Origin: Macrostomum lignano
Taxonomy: Eukaryota
Reading direction: 5' to 3'
DNA length: 41,171 nt
Assembly: GCA_002269645.1 (NCBI GenBank)
Contig: NIVC01000490.1
Location: forward strand, 1-41,171
Part shown: positions 31,512 to 41,171 of the stretch, in pieces
How the letters are laid out: each line of letters starts with the position of its first letter
How positions within the stretch are numbered: the first letter of the stretch is position 1
Program-made: the position numbers and the translations under genes
Notes under the pieces: generated by a model
Databases searched by the model: none
What the model was told of the DNA's origin: nothing
The model's input: only the letters and a program-made list of their open reading frames with translations

Positions 31512-34500
31512 ATGGGCAATACTGGAAGCAAACTGAGCAACAATACTGATGAGCATTGGAGCGTAGCTGCAGAATACAAGGTCGTTGGATGGAGCGCTGG
31601 CGATGGCATCATTCATGTGGACCCTTGGAACTCAACACATTATGATTTCAAGGGTTTTCCTGTTAACATCTATTTTAAACACAAGACACACAGTTTATCA
31701 GATACGATTAGTGACTCAGATATGAAATCATGGTGCAACGGTATCAGAAACAAGGACTGGAAGCTGCATTCACCATCAGAAGGCATCATCCATCTGGAAT
31801 ATAATGGAGGATATGTTGCAAACTACAAATACGAAACCAGATCGATGTTCGAGGCGAGAATGCACAGAGAACGAGAGCAGAGAATGGAGAGAGAGCGCAG
31901 AGGACAAGAGCAGAGAATGGAGAGAGAGCGCCGAGGACAAGAGCAGAGAATGGAGAGAGAGCGCAGAGGACAAGAGCAGAGAATGGAGAGAGAGCGCAGA
32001 GAAAAAGAGCAGAGAATGGAGAGAGAGCGCAGAGAAAAAGAGCAGAGAATGGAGAGAGAGCGCCGAGAAAAAGAGCAGAGAATGGAGAGAGAGCGCAGAG
32101 AAAAAGTTCAGAGAATGCAAGGGGCGCTACAGCAGCTGAAGCAGGGTGACAGAGAGCAGTCACTTTTTGATCAAAGGAGGGCGGAACAGCAGATGGCTCG
32201 ACAAAGTGCGATGCAAACTGAAAACATACAAAAGTGGAAAAGCTTGAATGCTGAGCGAGACAGGGCTTTGGTGAACTTCAACCATAAAACTAAAGATTTC
32301 AGCAGAAGATGCGAGGCGACGAGGCAAGAGAGATCGGCCAAACACGAGGCGAGTAAAAGGCAAACTGAGAAAGATCGAGCAGAACACTTTGCCAGACTGC
32401 AGAAGCAGGCAAGAGACAGAACAGAAAGCGAACAGCTATCTTTGGCTGATGAACAGGAGCAGGCAAATGCTATTCGCAAACAGAGACACGATGAGTTTCA
32501 TCGTCAAAAATTAAAAGTCACCTCAGAAACTAGCGAAAAATTTAGCAGTCTCAACCAGGAAGCTCAGGAAACAAGAGCTCGTTTGAGAGCTCAGTTTGAA
32601 GAGAGAAAAAGTACTTTTCAGGAACAGATGAAGCGAAAGAAGGAGGAGATGCAGCAGCAAAGCTCGGAGATGCAAGACAGGCTGCAGTTGCAGAAAAATC
32701 AGCTGGAAATTGGCAAAGAAGAACTTCACCGCGAAATGGCTGAAAGGGAGGCTGAGATTGCCCGAAAAATAGAAGAGCAGCGGCGGCATCGAGCGGAGAA
32801 GCAACGGGAGTCTGAGAACCTGAAGAAAACAGAGCAGTTCAAGCGACAAATATTGATAGAGCTGGAGAGAGAGAGAGCCAAAGCTATGCGCAGACAATTT
32901 AAGAGTGTTAGCTACTCCATTCAGCACGTTCGTGGGAAGAGCGCCAAAGGCTATTCTAACCCTGCAGTAAGCGAAGCATCCGAAGTGATGCTCAGAGACC
33001 AGCTTGAAGAAAATGTTGAAGATGCTTTGACGAAATTTCTAGGCAGTCTGTCAGGTGCTATCGAGGATGATTCCAATCAGGAACTGTCAGTAGCAGCTAA
33101 TGTCAAAACAATTTCTGCAAAGGACGCTTTAGATTTATTTAAGCGTGTCTGGAAATCAGAAGGTCATCCATTTGGAAAGCAGCCAACATCTAGCCAATTG
33201 TCTCTCCTACAACTATTGGATGAAAAATTCGCTCAACAGTGTTTAGATGCGGCTAACAAAGTTTTCCGAGAGATCTGCTTTCCGAGTTTAGAACTCGACT
33301 TGGTCAGCTATGGTCTGCTGGTTTTTGTCCTGCACAGCGAAAAATCCCAAGATATCAAGCACGAAGAAGACTTCAGTGCTCTCCGTCAGCAACTCAGCGA
33401 CACAAGAATTGCACTGGCGCATATGAGAAAGCTCACTAGTGAAACAGCCTATAATGAGCTCAGTCCTGTCACTGAAAGGCTGCTCCAGCTGCTAGTTGTG
33501 GCTGAAGATGTTGTGCGACTTTGGCCGATTCAACAAGACCCTGCTGCTGGCTTAAAGAGGCTCAGAGTCGTACTGGCAACGATGCTGAGGCATGCTGGTG
33601 TGTCGCAGTATTTGGATGAAAAATCCAACACCGAATGTGTCGTAGAGCTCATAACATCGATGCAGCATTGGGACCCTGTTAGCATGCTCAAGCTGATGGA
33701 ATTTATACATACAAGTTGCACTGAGCCCGATCAGGTGAGAGAATTCGTGAAGATGATGGTGTTGAGCCGCGGCGACCCCAGATCTCTTCCGAGTCCTCGC
33801 GAGGCGATTACGGAAACTTATATTGCGAGCCTAAAAAAAGATCAAGCATCACAGAAAACACTTGACCAGCTTCTCGATGAACTGAAGAAGACAGGGCAGT
33901 TCGACGAGGGTCAACTTTCAGAACTTGCTGACGTAGTAAGAAAAGTTTTCACATATTTTGATTCGTCTGGGTTCGATAAAGCATTGCAGAAACTGAAAAT
34001 ATGGAAACGTGGTAAGGAATCGCCACTGCACAAAATTCTGATTGATCTCTGTAAGGCAGTGCTGAAATGCAAGGGATATCTCCCAAGACATACACAAGTA
34101 TTCAGTACTGCAGCCCTCCTAAACGCTTTTAAAAACAAAACAAGTGGGCAAGTATTACAGATCCTGACTGGTGAAGGTAAATCCTGCATTGTCGCAATGT
34201 CTGCTGTAGGATTGGTGCGTCTTGGACAAAAGTCTGTTGATGTCGTGGCTCCGTCAGAAGTTTTGGCTGCGAGAGACTGTAAGGAATGGAAAGATTTCTA
34301 TAAAATATGCGATGTTCGAGTTGACTGCAACATTGAGCACGAAAATCCTAAAAAATGCTATGAATCGTGCATAGTGTATGGCACAGTCTCTTCTTTCGCG
34401 GGCGACACATTGCGGCATGAGTTCCAGTTCAAAGACATCCGCGGCTCACGAGGCTTTGATTCAATAATCGTGGATGAAGTTGACTCTCTGCTGCTGGACC

Positions 34501-36308
34501 AAGGTGTGCAGCTGACATATCTGGCTCAGGACGCAGGTGACATGAAAATGCTGGATCCAATTTTCGCTACTATCTTTAGAGCCACTATGGGCTGCCACGT
34601 TCTCAACACAGCGCACGGAGGTGAGATGGTGGCAGAGCAACAAATGACTTTTCTCTACCTCATAAAAGAGTTCGTCTCGTCGGATGAAGAGTTCAGCACT
34701 TTGGTCGAGCAACTTGATCTCAAACAGTTAATTAGTTCAGAGGAGAAACAGAGCTTCTTGGCTCAAAATGCCGAACCAGTGGATTTGTCAAACTTTGATA
34801 TTAAAAGGACGATTCAGGTTCTTGAAGTTTCTGGAGAAGTTTTGCAAAATTTTCCATCGTATACAATTTATGCATTTAGAAATGCTGAAATCGAACCAGT
34901 GCGGCTTTGCCAAGATAGCTCATTGGATCTTTTAGTCCAAGATGGTGGAGTCTGCAATTTGCTTTTTGAAAATATCGATGACTTCAAAACACGAAAGAAG
35001 GAAGATATCTGGTCGAGAATAGACTACAGTACAACAATACTAGACCCGAAAGACGACACCAAAAAGAAACATGAAGAGGCCCAGCTGCCCATTCCATCGC
35101 ATTTAAAGCAGTTCATAGATGACATGCTGGATGTCTGGATCAACAGTGCCCTCACTGCAGGAGCTCTGCAACCCGGTAGAGACTACCTGCTTCAGGGTGG
35201 GGACGCTGTTCCAGTAGACTACAAGCACACAGGAGTGGTGCAGGAGAACATGAGATGGAGCGATGGGCTGCAGCAGTTTCTGCAGTTAAAACACAGCCTG
35301 CAAATGCGGCCTCTAGGATTGGAAACAAACTTCCTGTCAAACTTGGCCTTCTTCCGTCGATATGGCAAATCCATGTTCGGTGTGTCTGGAACTCTCGGAG
35401 AAGAGCATGAGAAAAAGTTCATGCGGGAAACTTACAAAGTGCAACTGAACTACATTCCTCCGTACAGGGAGCGCCGGCTTGTGGAGAACCCGGGCATTGT
35501 GGCAGAAACCAAGTCAGAGTGCATCACGAAAATTTGCCAACTAGTTACACAGGAGAGAAATCGGCCCAGCTTGATCGTGTGCGAGGATATCAACAGTGCC
35601 GACCTCATTTTCGAAGAGGTGGCTCGCCGTTGTCAAGGAGTCAAGACAAAAAAGTACGTCAAGAATGAGGACACAAAAGATGAACTTCAGGTGGGTCCCG
35701 GTGATGTTATTGTGGCCACGAATCTGGCAGGCAGGGGCACGGATGTGAAAGTGAGTGACGACGCGGAGACAGCGGGAGGTCTACACGTTCTCGTCACATT
35801 CCTGCCCCTGAATCAGCGCGTTGAGGAGCAAGTGTTCGGCCGCAGTGGTCGCAAGGGCCAGCGGGGTTCAGCGACTTTGCTGCTAAGCAGAGAGGGCCTC
35901 AGTGCCTGCTTTTCAGACTGTGACTCTGTCGAAGAAATGAAGCAGGTGAGACGAGAGGCCAGCTTGCAGGAACTGAAGAATCATGAGGAGTTCGCGCTGC
36001 CGGAAGTTGAGTTCAAGGAGAATCTTTTCAAGTGTATCAGTCATTTGCTATCGGAGTATTATCATCAGATAAAGAAACCTCCCAGCACTGGTACAGAGCT
36101 AGAAAAGCGTTGGTCAGAGACGGACCTAAAATTAAAAATGGATCATTTAAAAGAGATTTGGGGCATGCATCTCAAAAAAACACTCTGTCACATTACTGAT
36201 TTCAGTAGAGAGAGAACAGCTCAGTGCATTGGAGAAGTTGAGAAAATGTTCCAGGAAGCAAAATCTAATGTCGAATCCGAGTGTTCATTGAGTCCTTTTC
36301 AGCACTGA
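31512..36308 (+). CDS. Giant SecA-family (SecA DEAD-like / SF2) ATPase protein, N-terminal intact part; metazoan SecA-like protein, not a canonical translocase
   Basis: ATG at 31512 directly after an acceptor (ttgcAG). SecA motifs in order: PRHTQ, QILTGEGKS, SEVLAARD, VYGTVSSFAGDTLR, IIVDEVDSLLLD, DYKHTG..QENMRWSDGLQQFLQLKH, FFRRY...GVSGT, VATNLAGRGTD, GGLHV, RVEEQVFGRSGRKGQRGS. Motor spans ~34060-35890. Confidence 0.93.
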   Translation: MGNTGSKLSNNTDEHWSVAAEYKVVGWSAGDGIIHVDPWNSTHYDFKGFPVNIYFKHKTHSLSDTISDSDMKSWCNGIRNKDWKLHSPSEGIIHLEYNGGYVANYKYETRSMFEARMHREREQRMERERRGQEQRMERERRGQEQRMERERRGQEQRMERERREKEQRMERERREKEQRMERERREKEQRMERERREKVQRMQGALQQLKQGDREQSLFDQRRAEQQMARQSAMQTENIQKWKSLNAERDRALVNFNHKTKDFSRRCEATRQERSAKHEASKRQTEKDRAEHFARLQKQARDRTESEQLSLADEQEQANAIRKQRHDEFHRQKLKVTSETSEKFSSLNQEAQETRARLRAQFEERKSTFQEQMKRKKEEMQQQSSEMQDRLQLQKNQLEIGKEELHREMAEREAEIARKIEEQRRHRAEKQRESENLKKTEQFKRQILIELERERAKAMRRQFKSVSYSIQHVRGKSAKGYSNPAVSEASEVMLRDQLEENVEDALTKFLGSLSGAIEDDSNQELSVAANVKTISAKDALDLFKRVWKSEGHPFGKQPTSSQLSLLQLLDEKFAQQCLDAANKVFREICFPSLELDLVSYGLLVFVLHSEKSQDIKHEEDFSALRQQLSDTRIALAHMRKLTSETAYNELSPVTERLLQLLVVAEDVVRLWPIQQDPAAGLKRLRVVLATMLRHAGVSQYLDEKSNTECVVELITSMQHWDPVSMLKLMEFIHTSCTEPDQVREFVKMMVLSRGDPRSLPSPREAITETYIASLKKDQASQKTLDQLLDELKKTGQFDEGQLSELADVVRKVFTYFDSSGFDKALQKLKIWKRGKESPLHKILIDLCKAVLKCKGYLPRHTQVFSTAALLNAFKNKTSGQVLQILTGEGKSCIVAMSAVGLVRLGQKSVDVVAPSEVLAARDCKEWKDFYKICDVRVDCNIEHENPKKCYESCIVYGTVSSFAGDTLRHEFQFKDIRGSRGFDSIIVDEVDSLLLDQGVQLTYLAQDAGDMKMLDPIFATIFRATMGCHVLNTAHGGEMVAEQQMTFLYLIKEFVSSDEEFSTLVEQLDLKQLISSEEKQSFLAQNAEPVDLSNFDIKRTIQVLEVSGEVLQNFPSYTIYAFRNAEIEPVRLCQDSSLDLLVQDGGVCNLLFENIDDFKTRKKEDIWSRIDYSTTILDPKDDTKKKHEEAQLPIPSHLKQFIDDMLDVWINSALTAGALQPGRDYLLQGGDAVPVDYKHTGVVQENMRWSDGLQQFLQLKHSLQMRPLGLETNFLSNLAFFRRYGKSMFGVSGTLGEEHEKKFMRETYKVQLNYIPPYRERRLVENPGIVAETKSECITKICQLVTQERNRPSLIVCEDINSADLIFEEVARRCQGVKTKKYVKNEDTKDELQVGPGDVIVATNLAGRGTDVKVSDDAETAGGLHVLVTFLPLNQRVEEQVFGRSGRKGQRGSATLLLSREGLSACFSDCDSVEEMKQVRREASLQELKNHEEFALPEVEFKENLFKCISHLLSEYYHQIKKPPSTGTELEKRWSETDLKLKMDHLKEIWGMHLKKTLCHITDFSRERTAQCIGEVEKMFQEAKSNVESECSLSPFQH
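31875..32105 (+). repeat. Coding 33-bp / 11-aa repeat EQRMERERR(GQ/EK) x7
   Basis: Seven units read directly; E/R-rich helical segment. Confidence 0.95.
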
Positions 36309-39300
36309 AGTTCGCAGAGAAAAGTGTAAGGCACGAAGATTTCGAACGAGCCATTGATCTTTACACAAAAGCTATAAATATGAACAGCTCATGGTCGTCT
36401 ATCGCGTACTACAACAGAGCATACGCAAAAATAATGAAAGGCAACTGTGATATCAGAGAAGTGATGGATGACTTGAAGATGCAAAAGCTCGGATTGCAGA
36501 AACCTGGCTGGCCCATGCCACGTGGACGCAGCTGTACTCTGGCGCAAGAATCCAGCAGGAAAATGCAAGCGATAATGACTGTGAGGAGGAGGCTAAGAAG
36601 GAAACACCCAAAGACCAAGCGAATAAACAAGTTAAGGAAGAAGCCAGCAAGATGTTCGAAGTGAAACTGCAAACCCTCAGTTCCGTCAATGCATGGCTCG
36701 AATAAGGATAATCAGCAATTATAAAACCCAAATAGAAAATGCCTGGAAAAGCTGGAAGAGCACAGAAGAGCTGGTGATAAAATCATTGCTGTCAGCACTT
36801 GCATTAAGGAGATTGAGAAGGAACCAGACAGCATTACACTTGACGAGCTCAAGTCTCTGTACCATCTGGGTCATGTAAGATTTTTTGATGTACAAAAGAA
36901 GCCTTCATATGCATTAGCATTTGTGGCATTTTCGGTGCTTTGAGATTGCGCTTGGCACTGCGCTGTGTCTTGTGGTGGTGAATGTTGGAATTCATTTTAT
37001 CAATGAGGCATTAATGATATAATGGCAGGTGTGGGATGATTCAGGGTGATTTTAATTTAAAAGCCTGGCTAAAAAAAAAGCCAAGAATATTGGTGTCAGC
37101 CTACTGACTTTTGGATTTGAAAAGTCGTCAACTATCTTAAAATCTTCGGAAATTCGAAGCTGTTGCGCAAAACGTTAATGCAGCTGGGAGTAATTTACAC
37201 GAAAGCCGCATCAGTACTGAACAAAGTGATTGGACAAAAAGCTGTTAAGTTTATTAAGAACATAATGAGCAATCCAATTGTACAGAAAGTGACCGATTAC
37301 GCGATAAGTGTAGCTCAAAGGAAACTGCTCGATAGTTAATTGAAAAGTTAAAGCAGGACGTCCAAAGACGACGTTAAAGAGAAGTGCCTCTGAGGCTGAA
37401 AGTGGAAAACTTCATGACATTGTTCTCCGACTGACTGCTCCTCTCTGCTTAGTAAAGGACCAGGAGACGAGTAAAATCGATTTATATGATTTTTCCACTC
37501 TAACTCATTCTCAAACCAATAATATTTTACAGGCTCTTACCGCTATAGCACACGAAGCAACAGATGAATTAATGTCTGATGTAAAAATACGGCCAAAGTA
37601 ATCGAAGCAATAATTCACGATTGACTGTTCTAAAAGACGAGTTCTGCAGACTCTTCAAAGGTATTCTGTCTTTTGTAAGACTGGCATCAGTGGCAGTGGA
37701 TTCGGCAGCAATAGCAAGCATGCAAAAACATTAACAGCCTGTAGGCAATACTGTCGAGTTGCATGGACAAACGATTGCTGAAGAGAATGGAAAATAAAAT
37801 TTGACCAGACCATTGACATCCGAAGCGAAAAGCTGCAGAGAAAAGAATGCATCAAACCACTCTGTAAAGCAATTCGAAAAGAGCTGGAGCAGCGCATCAT
37901 TGAATGCGTCATTGTAATACTGGAAGAGCACATCCGTAAAAACCTAGATGGCATTGTGGAAAACAGCATTGAACAAGCAAAAAAATTCATTGGAAAAACA
38001 TTTAAAACCGCACATAAAGAAAATATAGCTAACAAAAAGATACCATCCATCAAAAATAAAAATATTGAAAAATCCGAAAAACCTGGAACCAAGAAATTCC
38101 TAAAGAAAACTAAACTCACTGCTACAGACTCCGGTGTGGAGCTAACTAATGCAGACAAAAAACTAGCGGTCAAGGCTGGCGACTCTGGAGTGAGTGTGGC
38201 CGCTCAGCACAAAGACATGGCTCTCGGCGTGTCTCACGGATCGGACGGTTCTACAGAAGTGGCCGCGAGCAAGGCGACAGCAAACTAGCGGTCAAGGCTG
38301 GCGACTCTGGAGTGAGTGTGGCCGCTCAGCACAAAGACATGCTCTCGGCGTGTCTCACGGATCGGACGGTTCTACAGAAGTGGCCGCGAGCAAGGGCGAC
38401 AGCAAACTAGCGGTCAAGGCTGGCGACTCTGGAGTGAGTGTGGCCGCTCAGCACAAAGACATGGCTCTCGGCGTGTCTCACGGATCGGACGGTTCTACAG
38501 AAGTGGCCGCGAGCAAGGGCGACAGCAAACTAGCGGTCAAGGCTGGCGACTCTGGAGTGAGTGTGGCCGCTCAGCACAAAGACATGGCTCTCGGCGTGTC
38601 TCACGGATCGGACGGTTCTACAGAAGTGCCGCGAGCAAGGGCGACAGCAAACTAGCGGTCAAGGCTGGCGACTCTGGAGTGAGTGTGGCCGCTCAGCACA
38701 AAGACATGGCTCTCGGCGTGTCTCACGGATCGGACGTTCTACAGAAGTGGCCGCGAGCAAGGGCGACAGCAAACTAGCGGTCAAGGCTGGCGACTCTGGA
38801 GTGAGTGTGGCCGCTCAGCACAAAGACATGCTCTCGGCGTGTCTCACGGATCGGACAGTTCTACAGAAGTGCCGCGAGCAAGGGCGACAGCAAACTAGCG
38901 GTCAAGGCTGGCGACTCTGGAGTGAGTGTGGCCGCTCAGCACAAAGACATGGCTCTCGGCGTGTCTCACGGATCGGACGGTTCTACAGAAGTGGCCGCGA
39001 GCAAGGGCGACAGCAAACTAGCGGTCAAGGCTGGCGACTCTGGAGTGAGTGTGGCCGCTCAGCACAAAGACATCGCTCTCGGCGTGTCTCACGGATCGGA
39101 CAGTTCTACAGAAGTGGCCGCGAGCAAGGGCGACAGCAAACTAGCGGTCAGGCTGGCGACTCTGGAGTGAGTGTGGCCGCTCAGCACAAAGACATCGCTC
39201 TCGGCGTGTCTCACGGATCGGACAGTTCTACAGAAGTGGCCGCGAGCAAGGGCGACAGCAAACTAGCGGTCAAGGCTGGCGACTCTGGAGTGAGTGTGGC

Positions 39301-39781
39301 CGCTCAGCACAAAGACATGGCTCTCGGCGTGTCTCACGGATCGGACGGTTCTACAGAAGTGCCGCGAGCAAGGGCGACAGCAAACTAGCGGTCAAGGCTG
39401 GCGACTCTGGAGTGAGTGTGGCCGCTCAGCACAAAGACATCGCTCTCGGCGTGTCTCACGGATCGGACGGTTCTACAGAAGTGGCCGCCAGCAAGGCGAC
39501 AGCAAACTAGCGGTCAAGGCTGGCGACTCTGGAGTGAGTGTGGCCGCTCAGCACAAAGACATCGCTCTCGGCGTGTCTCACGGATCGGACGGTTCTACAG
39601 AAGTGGCCGCCAGCAAGGCGACAGCAAACTAGCGGTCAAGGCTGGCGACTCTGGAGTGAGTGTGGCCGCTCAGCACAAAGACATCGCTCTCGGCGTGTCT
39701 CACGGATCGGACAGTTCTACAGAAGTGGCCGCCAGCAAGGGCGACAGCAAACTAGCGGTCAAGGCTGGTGAATCTCTATAA
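36281..39781 (+). CDS. Frameshift-broken C-terminal part of the SecA-like protein: TPR, Gly-rich hydrophobic segment, helical region, 41-aa repeat tail ending AVKAGESL*
   Basis: TPR-like FERAIDLYTKAINMNSSWSSIAYYNRAYAKI overlaps the main ORF end. Successive frames join into coherent protein-like sequence that runs into the repeat array and stops at TAA 39779-39781. Disruptions may be assembly errors or pseudogenisation. Confidence 0.65.
38155..39768 (+). repeat. Coding tandem array, 123-bp / 41-aa unit GDSKLAVKAGDSGVSVAAQHKD(M/I)ALGVSHGSD(G/S)STEVAASK, ~13 copies
   Basis: Near-identical units read directly. Many copies lack 1-2 bases at scattered positions. Confidence 0.95.
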
Positions 39782-40207
39782 GGACTACCATTTTGACGTG
39801 TAATGACGGTAATATTTTGGCTATACGATTTAATCGAAAAGGACATTTTTCAGTGACGTCCTTTGACTTCCGTGTGGTTGAATACTTTTGCGGACTTCAG
39901 AGTGTCGTTGTCTAAGCGTTCGTTTGAAATGCAGTGTAGATGAAAAAAAGTGTTGAAATTAGTATTTATAGTTTCTAGTATAGCAAGTAAATCATTTAGG
40001 TCATTTTATCCACCTACATGTGCTTGTATCGTTTGAATTAAAAACTTTTACAAGAATACAAGTACCACTAAATTGATGCAGCTTCGTTTAGGAGTTATTT
40101 GGTTGATTTGGGGCTACTAGTTTTTATTTTATTTATAAAATAATATTAACTATTCGCATTGTAATCGTGTAATTCGTGGTTTTTCTATGGGGTAAATTAT
40201 GGATTTT

Positions 40208-41171
40208 CCGCTCAGCACAAAGACATGGATCTCGGCGTGTCTCACGGATCGGACGGTTCTACAGAAGTGGCCGCGAGCAAGCGACAGCAAACTAGCGGTC
40301 AAGGCTGGCGACTCTGGAGTGAGTGTGGCCGCTCAGCACAAAGACATGCTCTCGCGTGTCTCACGGATCGGACGTTCTACAGAAGTAGCCGCGAGCAAGG
40401 GCGACAGCAAACTAGCGGTCAAGGCTGGCGACTCTGGAGTGAGTGTGGCCGCTCAGCACAAAGACATGGCTCTCGCGTGTCTCACGATCGGACGTTCTAC
40501 AGAAGTGGCCGCGAGCAAGGGCGACAGCAAACTAGCGGTCAAGGCTGGCGACTCTGGAGTGAGTGTGGCCGCTCAGCACAAAGACATGGCTCTCGGTGTC
40601 ACGGATCGGACGGTTCTACAGAAGTGGCCGCGAGCAAGGGCGACAGCAAACTAGCGGTCAAGGCTGGCGACTCTGGAGTGAGTGTGGCCGCTCAGCACAA
40701 AGACATGGCTCTCGGCGTGTCTCACGGATCGGACGGTTCTACAGAAGTAGGAGCAAGGGCGACAGCAAACTAGCGGTCAAGGCTGGCGACTCTGAGTGAG
40801 TGTGCCGCTCAGCACAAAGACATGCTCTCGCGTGTCTCATGGATCGGACGTTCTACAGAAGTGGCCGCGAGCAAGGGCGACAGCAAACTAGCGGTCAAGG
40901 CTGGCGACTCTGGAGTGAGTGTGGCCGCTCAGCACAAAGACATGCTCTCGGCGTGTCTCACGGATCGGACGTTCTACAGAAGTAGCCGCGAGCAAGGGCG
41001 ACAGCAAACTAGCGGTCAAGGCTGGCGACTCTGGAGTGAGTGTGGCCGCTCAGCACAAAGACATCGGCTCTCGCGTGTCTCACGGATCGACGGTTCTACA
41101 GAAGTGGCCGCGAGCAAGGGCGACAGCAAACTAGCGGTCAAGGCTGGCGACTCTGGAGTGAGTGTGGCCGC
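40208..41171 (+). repeat. Second array of the same 123-bp unit, ~8 copies, running off the window end
   Basis: Starts abruptly mid-unit (CCGCTCAGCACAAAGAC) after ~430 bp of AT-rich sequence, with more small deletions than the first array. Confidence 0.93.

Noticed and set aside
31512-36308. Bacterial contamination or a canonical secA gene
   Set aside because: Contiguous with spliced eukaryotic genes and TEs; has a myristoylation motif and long non-SecA extensions; no operon context or RBS.
39769-40215. Intron joining the two 123-bp arrays (GTGAAT...CTCAG)
   Set aside because: Donor and acceptor phases are incompatible, and an in-frame stop follows the first array.
38194-41134. Alternative-frame ORFs (MWPLSTKT..., RQQTSGQGWRLW...)
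   Set aside because: Off-frame readings of the repeat created by indels; the GDSKLAVKA frame is the one continuous with upstream unique coding sequence.

Overview
Eukaryotic (metazoan invertebrate) genomic DNA with AT-rich, transposon-littered intergenic sequence and GT-AG introns; the species cannot be fixed from the sequence. It contains four protein genes. (1) A spliced selenoprotein F gene (SELENOF/Sep15) that the ORF track misses: exons 4583-4750, 9484-9547 (in-frame Sec UGA at 9517) and 10180-10367, with a canonical type II SECIS at 10789-10865. Exon 1 appears to lie upstream of the window. (2) An intronless USP31/USP43-like deubiquitinase nested on the same strand inside a SELENOF intron. 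(3) A ~3,150-aa single-exon ORF on the minus strand that looks like a filamentous-haemagglutinin-type beta-helix. (4) Divergent from it, a giant SecA-family ATPase gene: N-myristoylation motif, E/R coiled coil, intact SecA motor, TPR, Gly-rich hydrophobic segment and a 41-aa beta-rich tandem-repeat tail. Its 3' third is broken by many frameshifts, probably long-read errors. Also present: a 2.7-kb TIR element with a perfect 9-bp TSD that carries a 28S rRNA fragment and a minisatellite, plus FLYWCH/MULE, Tc1/IS630, hAT and MITE relics. The best candidate for a novel system is the SecA-like motor plus giant beta-helix pair; that pairing is inference and needs synteny and phylogenetic tests.
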